The notes under the pieces: model-generated
What the model was told of the DNA's origin: nothing
Seen by the model: the letters and a program-made list of their open reading frames with translations, nothing else
The model's database searches: none
Translations under genes and position numbers: made by a program
Part shown: positions 38,866 through 59,385 of the stretch, in pieces
How positions within the stretch are numbered: the stretch's first letter is position 1
How the letters are laid out: each line of letters begins with the position of its first letter
Assembly (NCBI GenBank): GCA_043228905.1
Contig: JBHGNT010000003.1
Coordinates: 25,668,001-25,732,000, forward strand
DNA from: Azolla caroliniana
Taxonomy: Eukaryota; Plantae; Polypodiophyta
DNA: 64,000 bases
Reading direction: 5' to 3'

Positions 38866-39274
38866 ATTATCTTTTGAAAAATGCAGTCTCTCAATATTTC
38901 TATGTTGATGTCAGTCTGATATATGCACCTCATATGCTATATTTAGTCTTGCCACATATGATATTATAGCAATGAAACGTCATGTTAAGTATATGCACCT
39001 CATGTGTTATACTTGTAGTCATGTCACATATCGTATTATAGCTATGAAGTGAACAAACAGAAATGTACTATTATCTTTTGAAAAATGCAGTCTCTCAATA
39101 TTTCTATGTTGATGTCAGTCTGATATATGCACCTCATGTGCTATATTTAGTCTTGCCACATGATATTATAGCAATGAAACGTTATGTTAAGTATATGCAC
39201 CTCATGTGTTATACTTGTAGTCATGTCACATATCGTATTATAGCTATGAAGCGAACAAACAGAAATGTACTATT
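38866..39274. repeat. Near-perfect two-copy tandem repeat, period ~204 bp, between convergent gene ends
   Basis: ATTATCTTTTGAAAAATGCAGTCTCTC...AACAAACAGAAATGTACTATTA starting at 38866 and 39070. Confidence 0.95.
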
Positions 39275-39895
39275 ACCTACAGCTGAAATAGAGAATCAAG
39301 CACACTTGTGACAAGTAAAACTAAACCCTAAAACAAATAAATTTGTCACAAGACCCCAATTTGCAGATCAAGTTTGGGAGGAATGTATGAAACTAATCTT
39401 CAAAGCCATTGCAATTATCCATAAAAACTGATAACAGGTTTTCATGTAATATACCCCCTAAGATAAAACTACTTTCTAGTACAATTGTTAGGAAAGATTA
39501 ACACACAACACTCTTCAACTAGAAAACTTCAAAGAAACATGAATTATGACAGAAAAAGGTGATAAATATAATTTCGAATTTCTTTACAATGAAAAATGTG
39601 GCAACTTCATTAAATGCCACAGTGAAATCATAGAACTGAACCCTACGCTCAACGTTTTTACAAGCCGGAAGGACATTTGTCTGGAATGAAAATGAAGTGG
39701 GTTTTATGCAGAGTATACAAATTCAATCCTCTTTTGAAAGAAAAGAAAAACTATACATGCTCCTTTGCAGCATGATTTAAGGGTCAAAACTTTGCACCAT
39801 CAGCAAGAGGGTAAAAACATTGTGGGGAGACCAATACATCTAGTAGAATGGTTCAATATAAAAATACAGACACTTTGCGGCATGCCATCATTACA

Positions 39896-48769
<8,874 letters not shown>

Positions 48770-50936
48770 GGTTCTCCACAGCAAAATTCTTTAATAAACT
48801 TTTGCAAGCAGAGACCACTTGCCTTCATGTCTGTCTATAGTGTGCAGTAAACATTGTCAGGGGGCATTCCTTACATATATATGGGGCCTTGTGTAGCTGT
48901 ACAATATGAAATCTTTTCTCACTCTCGTGCAGTGCTGAAGAAAGTTTACTAAAAATAGTGCATGCTTTTATGATTTTCACAAGCTTATGGTGAGCAATCT
49001 GAAAAGTTGAACCGAAGCTCCCAGGCTCTTCAAATTTGACTATTAAATTCCAAATCCGACAATGTTATCCGATCCAGACTGACAATACAGAACCTGTCAT
49101 AGAGGAGAGAGTCTTCAAACACCACTTATAGAAATGAAATGAAGTGTGATGAGACAATAGGCCATACTTATGTCTACCAGAAATGAACAAAGAGACCTTC
49201 AACATAGTGAACAAAAATGCAAAAAGAAAATGGTAACCCTATCAATCAGAAGCATTCAATAAGGATAAAAACATCACTACAAGAGAATACACACAAATGG
49301 AAGTAGGACCCCAGAGCTTACAATGGATGGGGAACAAGGAGAGATTGGCTCAGATTAATCTTATCCCATTACAGCTCTTATATGCCTCTGCCTGATGTCA
49401 TTGATATCTACAGCTGTCAACCTATGGGGAATTCATATGCGGTAACCTGCTGTCATTCCCTGTATAGACAAGGTTATCACGCTAAAGGACACTATAGAAA
49501 GCATGAATCTTGAAAAGGGAAATTCTATTGTGCACTAGCTACCACTGAAAACCTTGTTCTCTCTCCTCACAGTTTGCATCTATTTGTTGTATGGAAAAAC
49601 TGGAACCATAAAAATATCAGAGAAAATGGAAGAATTAGGAACAAACAAGATGGCCTGAGCACAGCAAGTTTAAAAACTAGAGCAGTTTTGAAGACCACGA
49701 AGAAGGTATTTTCGAGGAAAGATAGACTATGGAAAGCATGAAACTTACATGGTCATTTCATGAAAGAATTCGCAGAAAGAAATAATAAATCCAAGCAATG
49801 GCCATGGTTACAGAGAAATCATTTCTAGTATAGACAACTGGAAGCATAAAGGAATTGAAAAAGGAAGAATTTGAATTTGAGGCAAACAAGATTTTCTGAG
49901 TACAGAAACATTGAAAACTGCTAAGATTTCATGCAGAAAGCCTTCAAAAAGTGAGTAATCATGAAATTGTAAGGAAGTTTCCAGATGAACTTCAAGGAAG
50001 CGAGAAGAAATTTTGGTTGTGAAACTGGTTGTTGACTAAATGCATAACAAGCACAATGGAAACAAGAAAGGAATAATTTACAGCAAGAAAAGATTTTCAC
50101 GGGATAACTGCAAATATTGACTTAATTTGATGTATTTGTTCTTCAAAAATAACCTATGTGAAAGGAATTCCCAAGGTAAGGTAAACTGTAGAGAGCATGA
50201 AAAACTCAATTTCATTATCTGGTGAAAAAACTGAGGGAAGAAACAGAGAAATTTGAGCTTCAGCCATAATTATATGGAAACGTTTGCTTGCATGGATGCG
50301 TCGTGGGCATAATGGAAGCAAGATAGGAATAATTTACAGCACAACAATATGATCTGTATCCTCAAGCTGTGAAATTTGACACAATTGTGTGGAGATCACC
50401 TTGAATATCTACCTAGTGGGAAGGGATTGTGGAGCCAATACATACTCCTTCAAAAGCAGGAAACTTGTAATGTCATCTTCTGATGAAAATCGCTGAATTA
50501 CTACTATCAAGGAGCTTATTCACATTATGAAACTTTTGTCATATATATACAGTTGTAGATATCAACCCGAAGCACAAAGGGAATAACAAAAGGAAGAAAC
50601 TTCACTCCAAAAACTGAAATGGTTTTCTATTTAAAGAGTCGCTCAAAAAACTATTTGTAGCTAGAGATCATCAAGGCCAGATATATTCATTAAAGGAAGA
50701 AACTCGCAAGGTCATTTTTTTATAAATTTTTCACAGAACGAAAGAGAAATTATACTGTGACCTGGATGGCTTCAGCGATAGTTATGCATAAATGAGCTAG
50801 CTTATTATAAAGAAGAAGGATAAGCTTGAAGGATTCAAGAAAACAGAAGGAATTTACTGCAATCTGAGTGCACAGATTGACAAAATAAGTGAAGAGATAT
50901 TTCTTCGAGAAATAATTTTGCTTTTCAGGGAATACC

Positions 50937-51290
50937 TGTAGAGACGACGGGATCCTCAAGCCATGATATACTGGTGATGAACACGGGAGACCCGGATAAA
51001 CGACGTATCCTGATGAAAGATCGTGCAGAAGGAAACGAAGAGAAAAAACAGGACAACAGCACGAGAATTTCGATATCGCTGTGAATGAACTGTCGTATCA
51101 CGAAGAAGCTTCGTCTTTCTCTCTTTCTTACTTCTTCTTTCTTCTTTCTTCTTCTTGCTTCGTTTCTCTTCTTCGCCTCTCCAGCTATGCAGATTCACGA
51201 TCATACTGTAAAACCTTGACAGACAGAAAGGGTCGCCATAGCCGCGAACAGTAACACCTCTCTCTTCAGTCTCTACCATTCTCTCTCCTC
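50937..51290 (-). other. Probable 5' leader exon of MAP3K epsilon, followed by a ~2.1 kb leader intron
   Basis: GA-rich leader-like sequence on the minus strand, donor CAG|GTATTC at ~50936, acceptor candidates (CTATAG/GACAG) near 48831-48836. Confidence 0.55.
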
Positions 51291-51349
51291 TCTTTCTCTC
51301 TCTAACCTCTGTGGCCAGGCTGGCAGATTTGACCTGCCATTTCTGGTAC

Positions 51350-51480
51350 GTCTTTAGATCTGGGCCGTGGGATCTGGCATCGGACGGCCCTCCTCTTGCA
51401 GCCTCGCCCTTTGGTTAGGCGGTCAATCCTCACCGTCCGTTACAAATTGGCCATCGGACGGTGGCGCGGCGCCCCCTGCA
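51350..51480 (-). promoter_or_regulatory. GC-rich proximal promoter of MAP3K epsilon with site II (TGGGCC) and MSA-like CCGTT/GACGG motifs
   Basis: AGATCTGGGCCGTGGGATCT at 51356-51375, CGGACGG at 51381 and 51455, CCGTT at 51437. Confidence 0.45.
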
Positions 51481-53169
51481 AACCTAAGCTTTTTGGAGCA
51501 CCTACGTTTCTCATTGGCTGATGAGCTGGCTCTCTGTTGGCTCCCATTCTTCTTGTGCAAGAATCCATCCCCAAGTTCATGAATCATGACCCCATCGACG
51601 CAAACGAAATGCACTTCAATAACAAATAACACACAAAAAAAAAGGCTTCTTTGATATACATACATACATACATTCCCCAATAGGCCCTCGCTTCCTCCGC
51701 TCTTTTCATCTTGACGAATGAATGTCTTTTATATGCCTCTTCCCACATGACCTCGTCATTCATTATTCATCATCTTTGGACGACATTGCCCCCGCTTCTT
51801 ATAGACATTCACTCAACAAAGGAAACGAACAAACAAGGAGAAACCTTTTTGTATGTACACTCAAAAAGAACTTATGAGTCTCTCACCTTCCCGCTAAGCG
51901 ACGACGGGAAGTTTTACTTCTTTTCTTGTCTACTTCTGCCCCTTCTTCATCCTTGAGAGTACGCACAATAGAAAAACCTTTTAGAGGTGGAATATATCCC
52001 ACATTTTGTTGGTTGATTGTATTGAGAAATAAGGGAGGATGTGCAATAACATAAAGAAATATGAGAAATAGTGACACACGGAAATTTCAGAAATTTAGCA
52101 CACCATGTATGTAGTTTTCTTCTACTTGGAAATGTGCAATGTTTGGTGAAATACACTATTGGGTGGTGTTGCAAGAGCCTTGGAGATAGAGTAAACATTT
52201 GGATTTGGTAAAAGATTCTATGTTGGCAAAATAAATGAGGTTTAATGTGAGATATGAATAGATAGATCATATTAACTTGTCCACTATTGAGTGGGCATAC
52301 ATAAGTGTGGTGCACGATTTGGTCAACATTCTTGTGTTTCAATGGAATTGTCATGTTAGGTGAATGAATACTCATTGGCGCACACCATCTCATTCCCAAA
52401 TATGGAAGAAACAATGTCCTTGGTTTTCACATATTGTTCGTGTTGATGGAGTAGATTGAATGTGTGTTGAGGCGAAGGGAGATGAGAGTTTATATGTCAA
52501 TATATTGACTAATTGTTTGTGTTGATGGAGTAGAAAGAATGTGTATTGAGAAGAGGGACGAGAGTCTATATGTCAATATTTAGCAACATGTGAGATGTTT
52601 TCGCAATAATTGGCAACTCCCACTTGAACTCAACATATTTCTATCAATGTTGTGCACCATCATGTGATCATGTGAATATAGTAGCCTTATGACACATTCA
52701 CATCAAGTGGGAACAAGGAAATAAAGGTTGGTGTGATGAAAGTTGAGGTGGGTACAATATGCCATTTCTTACTTGATGTCACGAGAAAAAAAAAGCTTTT
52801 AGTCTCTATTTATTATCAAACTACGTAAAATTTGTTACAAATATAGTCAACCCATGCTTTTGTGAACCTTGTGGTTGGAACATTTTCTTGTTGTGCTAGA
52901 GCACAACATGCACATCCCCATCAAAGCAGTAGGTGCAATGCATTTAGATACATGGATTTGAACATACATGTATATAAGTGTGCACATAACAAATATATGT
53001 ATTTACGGAAACATAGATACATGAACACAATGCTACATTTGTTTTGTGGATACATTCAAGTTTCATCATAGATAAATCATTTGGTGTTAACTCGTTATAA
53101 TTGATAAGCGAACCATGAGGTTACAACCTTCATGTGATGGGTTCTAGCTCTCTTTTTTCTTGTTTCCTT

Positions 53170-54140
53170 TTTTTTAAACATAAACTACACCATAGCTTCC
53201 ATTACCAATGCAATAAGCAAATACAAACCTATAATGATACATTTTAGTGGCGGGTAAGATATCCCCCATTATGTCATAATTGAAACCAACCTCCACCTAT
53301 GGAGAGAACAACCATCGTGGGGGTACATATTGCCATTCCATTTTGTCATTTCTCTCCACAAGAACTAACAAATCCTTCCATTTGCCTTAAAAGCATTGTT
53401 GTTTCAGAAAAATCATATCTTCATTATTACCCATGAAGGAGTCATATTGACCGTTTAGAATTGAGATAAGCATCAACCAAAATTCCTTCACACAATGAAC
53501 AAGATTTTGCTTTATTGGCTGAAACACGTTTTGGCATCGACCTATCCAAATATTCCATAAAACCACCGACAATATCGTAGCCCATACTGTGTCATCCACA
53601 TTCAACCGATTTGGGCTTGAGTATGGTATATCTTTAACTTGCCTTCCCATAGTTAGAAGGGTAAACAATATCTTTTCCCTTTCATAATTATGTTTATCCA
53701 CATTTACATCCATCCAAAAGACGTTTCCCCATGTAATCACATTAGGTCCATATGCAACATCAATGAGACGCAACATACGTTTCCAAACATAACATGCAGC
53801 CATACAGTTCCATAAGGCATGTTGCATTGATTCCAAGTGAAGCCCACAAAAATAGCAAGTTTTGGTTCCCTCTTCCCTATGCATCCATTCCAAGACTGGA
53901 AGTGCATAGTGTACACACAACCATCTAAATGTAATGATTTTGCAAGGAATCTGTAAAGCCCGCAACCATTTCCAAAATGCCAATACTGAATGCATATGCA
54001 TACTATTATTTAACCATACCTTAGCTGCAGCCGACATAACTAGACCCCCCCTTTGTTGGAATTCCCTACCTAAATTTACAGAGTAGTCAAAGAAAGAAAC
54101 CATCTTACCATTAGCATCTCTCCACCACCATTAACTTGTA
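53170..54140 (-). mobile_element. 5'-truncated LINE (non-LTR retrotransposon) ORF2 3' end with zf-RVT domain
   Basis: WLRALQIPCKIITFRWL..ALPV..CYFCGLHLESMQHALWNC..VW and LWNIWIGRCQNVF are typical of plant L1 ORF2 C-termini; similarity appears to continue past the stop at 53387 (WQYVPPRWLF). Confidence 0.88.
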
Positions 54141-55439
54141 GCTCTTTAATTTGTAGTTAGGATAATAAAGCTCTAGTTGTCTACAACTCAACAATGACAA
54201 TGTTATTTTATGAGTAGGAAATTGTCTACATTACAACACTCGAAGAGGTGTGTGTGAGATGAATAATTCATAGGTTTCATATGGGAATGATGACAATGGT
54301 ACCCATGAAACATGTTATGCTATGGTGTGCTTAAGAATGGAATGATGCTCATTTTTCACATATCAACATTATCTTGTGTTAATGGGTTCACCATGTAACT
54401 CCGTAATATATGGGCAAATCCTACTTTATGCAATGCAACACCATTTGATGATGCGATGAAACATATTTTAACATTATAAACACAATTCACATGCATGGAC
54501 TTGACATTAAAACTAGAGTAAGCACCAATGGTGATGCAAGGAGGAAACAACCCGAGGTGGAACTACCAGCCCCCACGTTGGCTATTTCCTACTCACCTTC
54601 TGTTGAAGGTTGGCGAACCGAGCTTGTGCTGGACGATGATGATTGCCACTAGTTTAAAGCTCTAGATACCTACTTACATTAAGTAGAAAGTAAGAGTGGA
54701 TATGTACATAGTCTCGTATTCTTGAACTCTGTGGGGGGGGGGGGGGTGATTCTTGACTTATATACATACTTGTCTAGTCTTTCTATAAAAATATCTCCTA
54801 GCTAATGAGAAAATAGCTCCTTTTCTGGATGGAAAAAAACTAGATTACGAGTTTGATATGTGATGAGAATCTTGACATTATCACCTATAAGCATTGGAAA
54901 TAGTGAGCACTCACTGTGAGTCAAAACTATGTATGTTCAATGCCTATTTAAGCAATTACATGAGCTTTTTGAATTGATTGCATCACATCTAATGGCAAAA
55001 GGTATGTTTTCTTGTTTATTCAAGTGATTTTGAATGCCTCGCTTTATTAAGTTTGCCTTGGCATATGAAAAAGCTTGTTTACGCTATGCGTGTCCATACG
55101 TCTTTAACAAATTGTTCCACTTACAAACGAAGGTAGAAACAAAGGTAGAAACAAAGGTTATACCTCACTTTGAGGTTTCCGACTACTAATATATATAAAA
55201 AAACAAAGCTTATTGGGTTTGAGTGAAGACACATCTCTTTCGCAAGGGTAATCCACGTATACATTGGATACAAACAAGTTCATTCATATTGTGTTTTGGA
55301 CGCAATGTCTTGTAGTATTTCGGGACTCTTGGTCGTAGTCTTATTAGTTATGATTTAAAGCTAGTGTCATAATCATATTCAGTGTACTAAATTGGGATGC
55401 TTAATCACTCCATATATGCATAAGATCACTTAATACAAC

Positions 55440-55800
55440 TTCACTCATTGCCACATCAGATCCTTGTTTTGAGAGCTACCACTTCAATACATTTGGTGCT
55501 ATACATTGTGACCACTAAAATGTGTTCATGGCCAACCATATGCCTCGGTGTAAAGGGGCAAACCAATTTTAGCTCCTCATTTTTGGAGTTGTACCAACGA
55601 ACTTGTGGAGTGAATGAGCAAACATGTGACATTTGATGCTTATTGTTGGGTCGAACCCACATTTGAAGCACAACTTTTAGGCATGTTTGTGGGCATCATT
55701 GGTGTGGGTGGTCACTTGTAGAAATTTTAGTTGCACGACATTCTTTGCTCATTCTATTAGAAAGTGGCAGTTGTTCACGAAGTTGCACATTGTCTCGTTC
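55440..55800 (-). mobile_element. Decayed Ty3/gypsy integrase fragment
   Basis: LVCPFTP..GHEHILVVTMYSTKCIEVVALK resembles the integrase core consensus GPxxP..GHxYILVATDYFTKWVEAVAL. Confidence 0.65.
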
Positions 55801-56204
55801 CCTTTTCCTTTTTCCATTTGAAGAAATCCTAGCTCAAATCCAAAACACCCAATTGATAAAATATATTCATGCCCACAATGTTTTCGATCCCTAACCAAAC
55901 ATTGGCGTTTCTCGTTATCATCCCTCCTTGGCTGGATGGTTTGAAAAAATGCTGATGTTCAGCTCATCTAATTGATTGATATTTGCTCATCAAGCACAAG
56001 TGAGGATTGAGTGAGCGTGTTCTGACTTGGAATGCAGCTCGTCCGTCTCATGCCCGTCAAATCGGCATAGTTTCAATGTATTGTATTTGTATGTATGTAT
56101 ATGAGCCTAGTAGTAGTCTCATTCAACGAAACCATAATATGTTTTGGATTTTAAAACCAAAAGGTCCATATTTATAAATTCCCTTAAAAAGTGTCTCACA
56201 AACA

Positions 56205-56612
56205 CAGAAAACCCTAACCTTGCTTTCCTCGTTATCCTTTTCTCCGCGCCTGTTCCTTCAAACCCTAATTTCTTGCAGAGAGAGACAGAGAGACATTCGA
56301 TGAATGACTTGTATGTCAAAGGTCTATCCTTCATCTTCTGATCACAATAGATCAGATTAGGTTCGACCAGATAAGATCAGATCCGTGTGCGTTAATCTCT
56401 GCAGAAGACCAGGGTCTTAGCAAGAATCTCTGTTGATTCTTAATCTTCTTCGTCGAGACAAAATCACCATCGGGATGCCTCCGGTTTCTTCACTCTGTCG
56501 TCGTTTCACCATCGCTTGCTTCGATTCTCTTTGCCATAATCTCAGAGTGCTTGGACCTGGCCTCTCTCCCTTCGTTTTCTCTCCATAAATTATCTTTATC
56601 TGTCTTCATCAG
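56205..56612 (+). promoter_or_regulatory. Promoter and 5' leader exon of the ankyrin gene with two telo-boxes
   Basis: AAACCCTAA at ~56209 and ~56260; donor CAG|GTATAT at 56613; acceptor TTTGTAG ending 57324, upstream of ATG 57339. Confidence 0.55.
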
Positions 56613-57338
56613 GTATATACACCATTTTTTCTGTATCTTACGATAAAATAAAAAATCACAAGAAACTATCCGAGCAACAAATCATCATAGAAGCTGTGTT
56701 GATTGAATCTTGAAGGTATGCAATGAATATCTCTTTTTTTACTTCATAATCATTAAACTATCTTGCATCCTTATTCAGAATATAGAATTAAAAGCACAAA
56801 AATAGATTCATCACGAAAGCATGACTTACGCGGTGTTAATGAAACTACATATGCAACATAGGACAAGGAGAACTGATCCAGTCAGAGAACATCACAGAAA
56901 GTTGTTCTAGTGAGAGAACTCCACACGATTATTTTTATGAAACTTGAAGAGTACTCATAGAACAAACGATACAGTGAATCTGCACACACATATGTTCTGC
57001 ATGTACTATACAAGAAACTTTGGTGGTGAGCTTTACCTAGAACAAAGAAAAGATGATTCTGGAAGTGGAAAATATACATTAATGTCAATCTTACTAAGCA
57101 TTCATTCCATAACTGTGATTGTATTTCATCATACTGTTTGTTAAACGTTTGCTTTGTTTTCAAATTGCTTTTGTTCAGACTATTTTGGAATCTCCTTAGA
57201 AGGAAGAACAACATCCACTATAGTATTACCTTCATCCTTCAAATATAGAACAGAAATTGAAAAGTTGACGTTGAAACTGATACAGAAAGTAAATCATTAG
57301 CACTGTGGTTGATGAGCTTTGTAGAAGAGAAAGGGAAG

Positions 57339-59385
57339 ATGAGTGTAGATGTGGTGAGTCTGCATCGGTGTTTGTCTTCTCATACCCGTGCCTCAAGACG
57401 TAGTCTGTCCTTGAAGAAATACGAGGGAAGAGATGACCGGGGCTGGACTCCTCTCCATGTTGCAGCAAAGAGAGGCGACATTGAAGAAGTAAGGCTTCCA
57501 TGTCTCTATCCCCGTGGGAATGCTATTGTTTTTGAACTCTTTGTCTGAGTGAATTTGTAAAGTGCATACCTTTAGGAGCATTGTCAGTGTGCATCATCTC
57601 AAACGGAAAACATCAAGGTTTGGTCATACATTACTTGAGGCTTGAATCCATAATCTCACGATGCAAAGTGCAAGCCTTTTAACTACACCACAGTGTTTGT
57701 CCATTTAGATTTTGAGAAAGTTTTGATGAATTAAGCTAGTGCAACTATTAAACATTGTTCCAAGTGACATTGAGGTTTAAACTTTGCCCTTGGGAAATAG
57801 TCCAACCCTTTCAAAAGTGAGGTTTGCCAATCCTGCAAATACCAGGGTACATTTCAAAATATCTACATTATTTACGAAAATAAGTAAATTGGAAATCTGG
57901 ATAGCTCCTGTTTCTACTAAGATAATTATAGGAGCAATGCTTTGCTGGTGACGGAAGTGACACAGCTATTTTAAGGGAATGACTTCAAGTAAGTTGATCA
58001 TATCTGTCAATCAAGTCTGCGGTGTGGTGTTCAGTTTTAATGGAATTGATTAATTTGTAATTGACTCCAAAAAATACTTATGTCTACCCTGAACGTTGAT
58101 GTGAGATTGAACTAGTGATAAGTTAAAATTACTTCGTCCTTTTAGCCCTTTTGAAAGAAACATAGATCTTGAAGATTGAGTGGGACAATTTTCAAAATGA
58201 AATAAGTAAATGTTTTTAATCAGGGGATTCCTCTTTCAGCCGGTGGTTTAAAACTTAGCCTGTAAACTGAATCATAAAGAGGCTCTGCAACCGTATAGTG
58301 TTTTGCTTAGGCATTGTACATACTACGTCTGGAGGATAAGTCTTTGCTTTTTATGATTATACCATCTTAATTGTTGAGCTTTTGTGAGTTCTTTGGCTAG
58401 TGCATTTTCTTTTATTATCTCGAAGAAAGAGGTAATGTTTATAGTGTGATTTATTTCTTTGTACAAATCTTTAGATTCAAATTGCTCTTCCTTACTTGAA
58501 GGTTTGGAGGTTGGTGAATTCTGGTATGGAAGAGCCTTTAGACTAGGAAAGCTTTTCTTTTTATGGTTATACCATCTTAATTGCTGATCTTTTGTGAGTT
58601 CTTTGGCTTGTGCTTTTCCTGTGATTATCTAGAAGAAAGAGGTAAATGTTTATGGTGCGATTTATGGCTTTTTACAAAACTTTAGATTCAAATTGCTCTT
58701 CCTTATGTGAAGGTTCGGAGGTTGGTGAATTCTGGTATGGATGTGAACGAAATCTCATCAGGCCGTAAAGACTCAGGGGTTACCCCCTTGCATCTTGCAG
58801 CTGCAGGTGGGCATATTGAAGTTATGGACGAGCTGTTGGAACGTGGTGGCAATATTGATGCACGGACGAGAATTGGCTGTGGATGTAAGCTAGCAAAATT
58901 AAGTACGAAAAACTACAAATACCTGAGTATTCCTTATCTTTCTAAATGCTCCTGGTCAATCCCTCTCTCTCTCTCGATCCCCTGACCAGGGTCCTTTGTG
59001 ATATAATGAAGGCATGGGAGCAGTTGGGAATATGAGGAATACTTGGTTATTCGGAAGTTTTTCGTGATAAACTTTATTTCTCTGTTTTCCCAATAATTGT
59101 GGTTATTTTTCTTTGAAGGCAAGCTCTGATTTCTATGTTTCCTTGGACTCGACTTATATAGGGACTCCCCTTCATCATGCTGCGAAGGAGAAGAATAAGA
59201 AAGCAATTCGGTTTCTCATAGAGAATGGTGCATTTTTACCACCAGATATGTTAGATGAACGGTTTAATCCACCTCTTCATTATTGTGGTGGACTTGAATG
59301 GGCATACAAAGTCAAAGAGCGTTCTATGAAGAAACAAAGCTCAAGTGAGAAGAGCTCGTCAGAAGAGAGCTCTGGACCACCATGA
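57339..59385 (+). CDS. Small ankyrin-repeat protein, PIA1/PIA2 (ANK6)-like; exons 57339-57488, 58713-58884, 59162-59385
   Basis: RDDRGWTPLHVAAKRGDIEE|VRRLV..GVTPLHLAAAGGHIEVMDELLERGGNIDART..CG|WTPLHHAAKE..FLIENGAFLP..RFNPPLHYCGGLEWAY; the RFNPP..YC.GLEWAY tail is typical of phytochrome-interacting ankyrin proteins. Confidence 0.9.
57637..57695 (-). pseudogene. Degenerate tRNA-Ala(UGC)-like sequence / tRNA-derived SINE head
   Basis: Minus strand TGTGGTGTAGTTAAAAGGCTTGCACTTTGCATCGTGAGATTATGGATTCAAGCC: A-box-like start, CAC-TTTGCAT-CGTG anticodon-like arm, B-box-like GATTCAAGCC; no complete cloverleaf. Confidence 0.35.
58348..58741 (+). repeat. Diverged tandem duplication (period ~211 bp) spanning the intron/exon 2 boundary of the ankyrin gene
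   Basis: TTATACCATCTTAATTG...TTTAGATTCAAATTGCTCTTCCTTA..TGAAG|GTT.GGAGGTTGGTGAATTCTGGTATGGA twice. Confidence 0.93.

Noticed and set aside
39321-39331. CTAAACCCTA as a telomerase RNA template
   Set aside because: Single telo-box in a 3' flank with no Pol III promoter elements or conserved TR regions seen.
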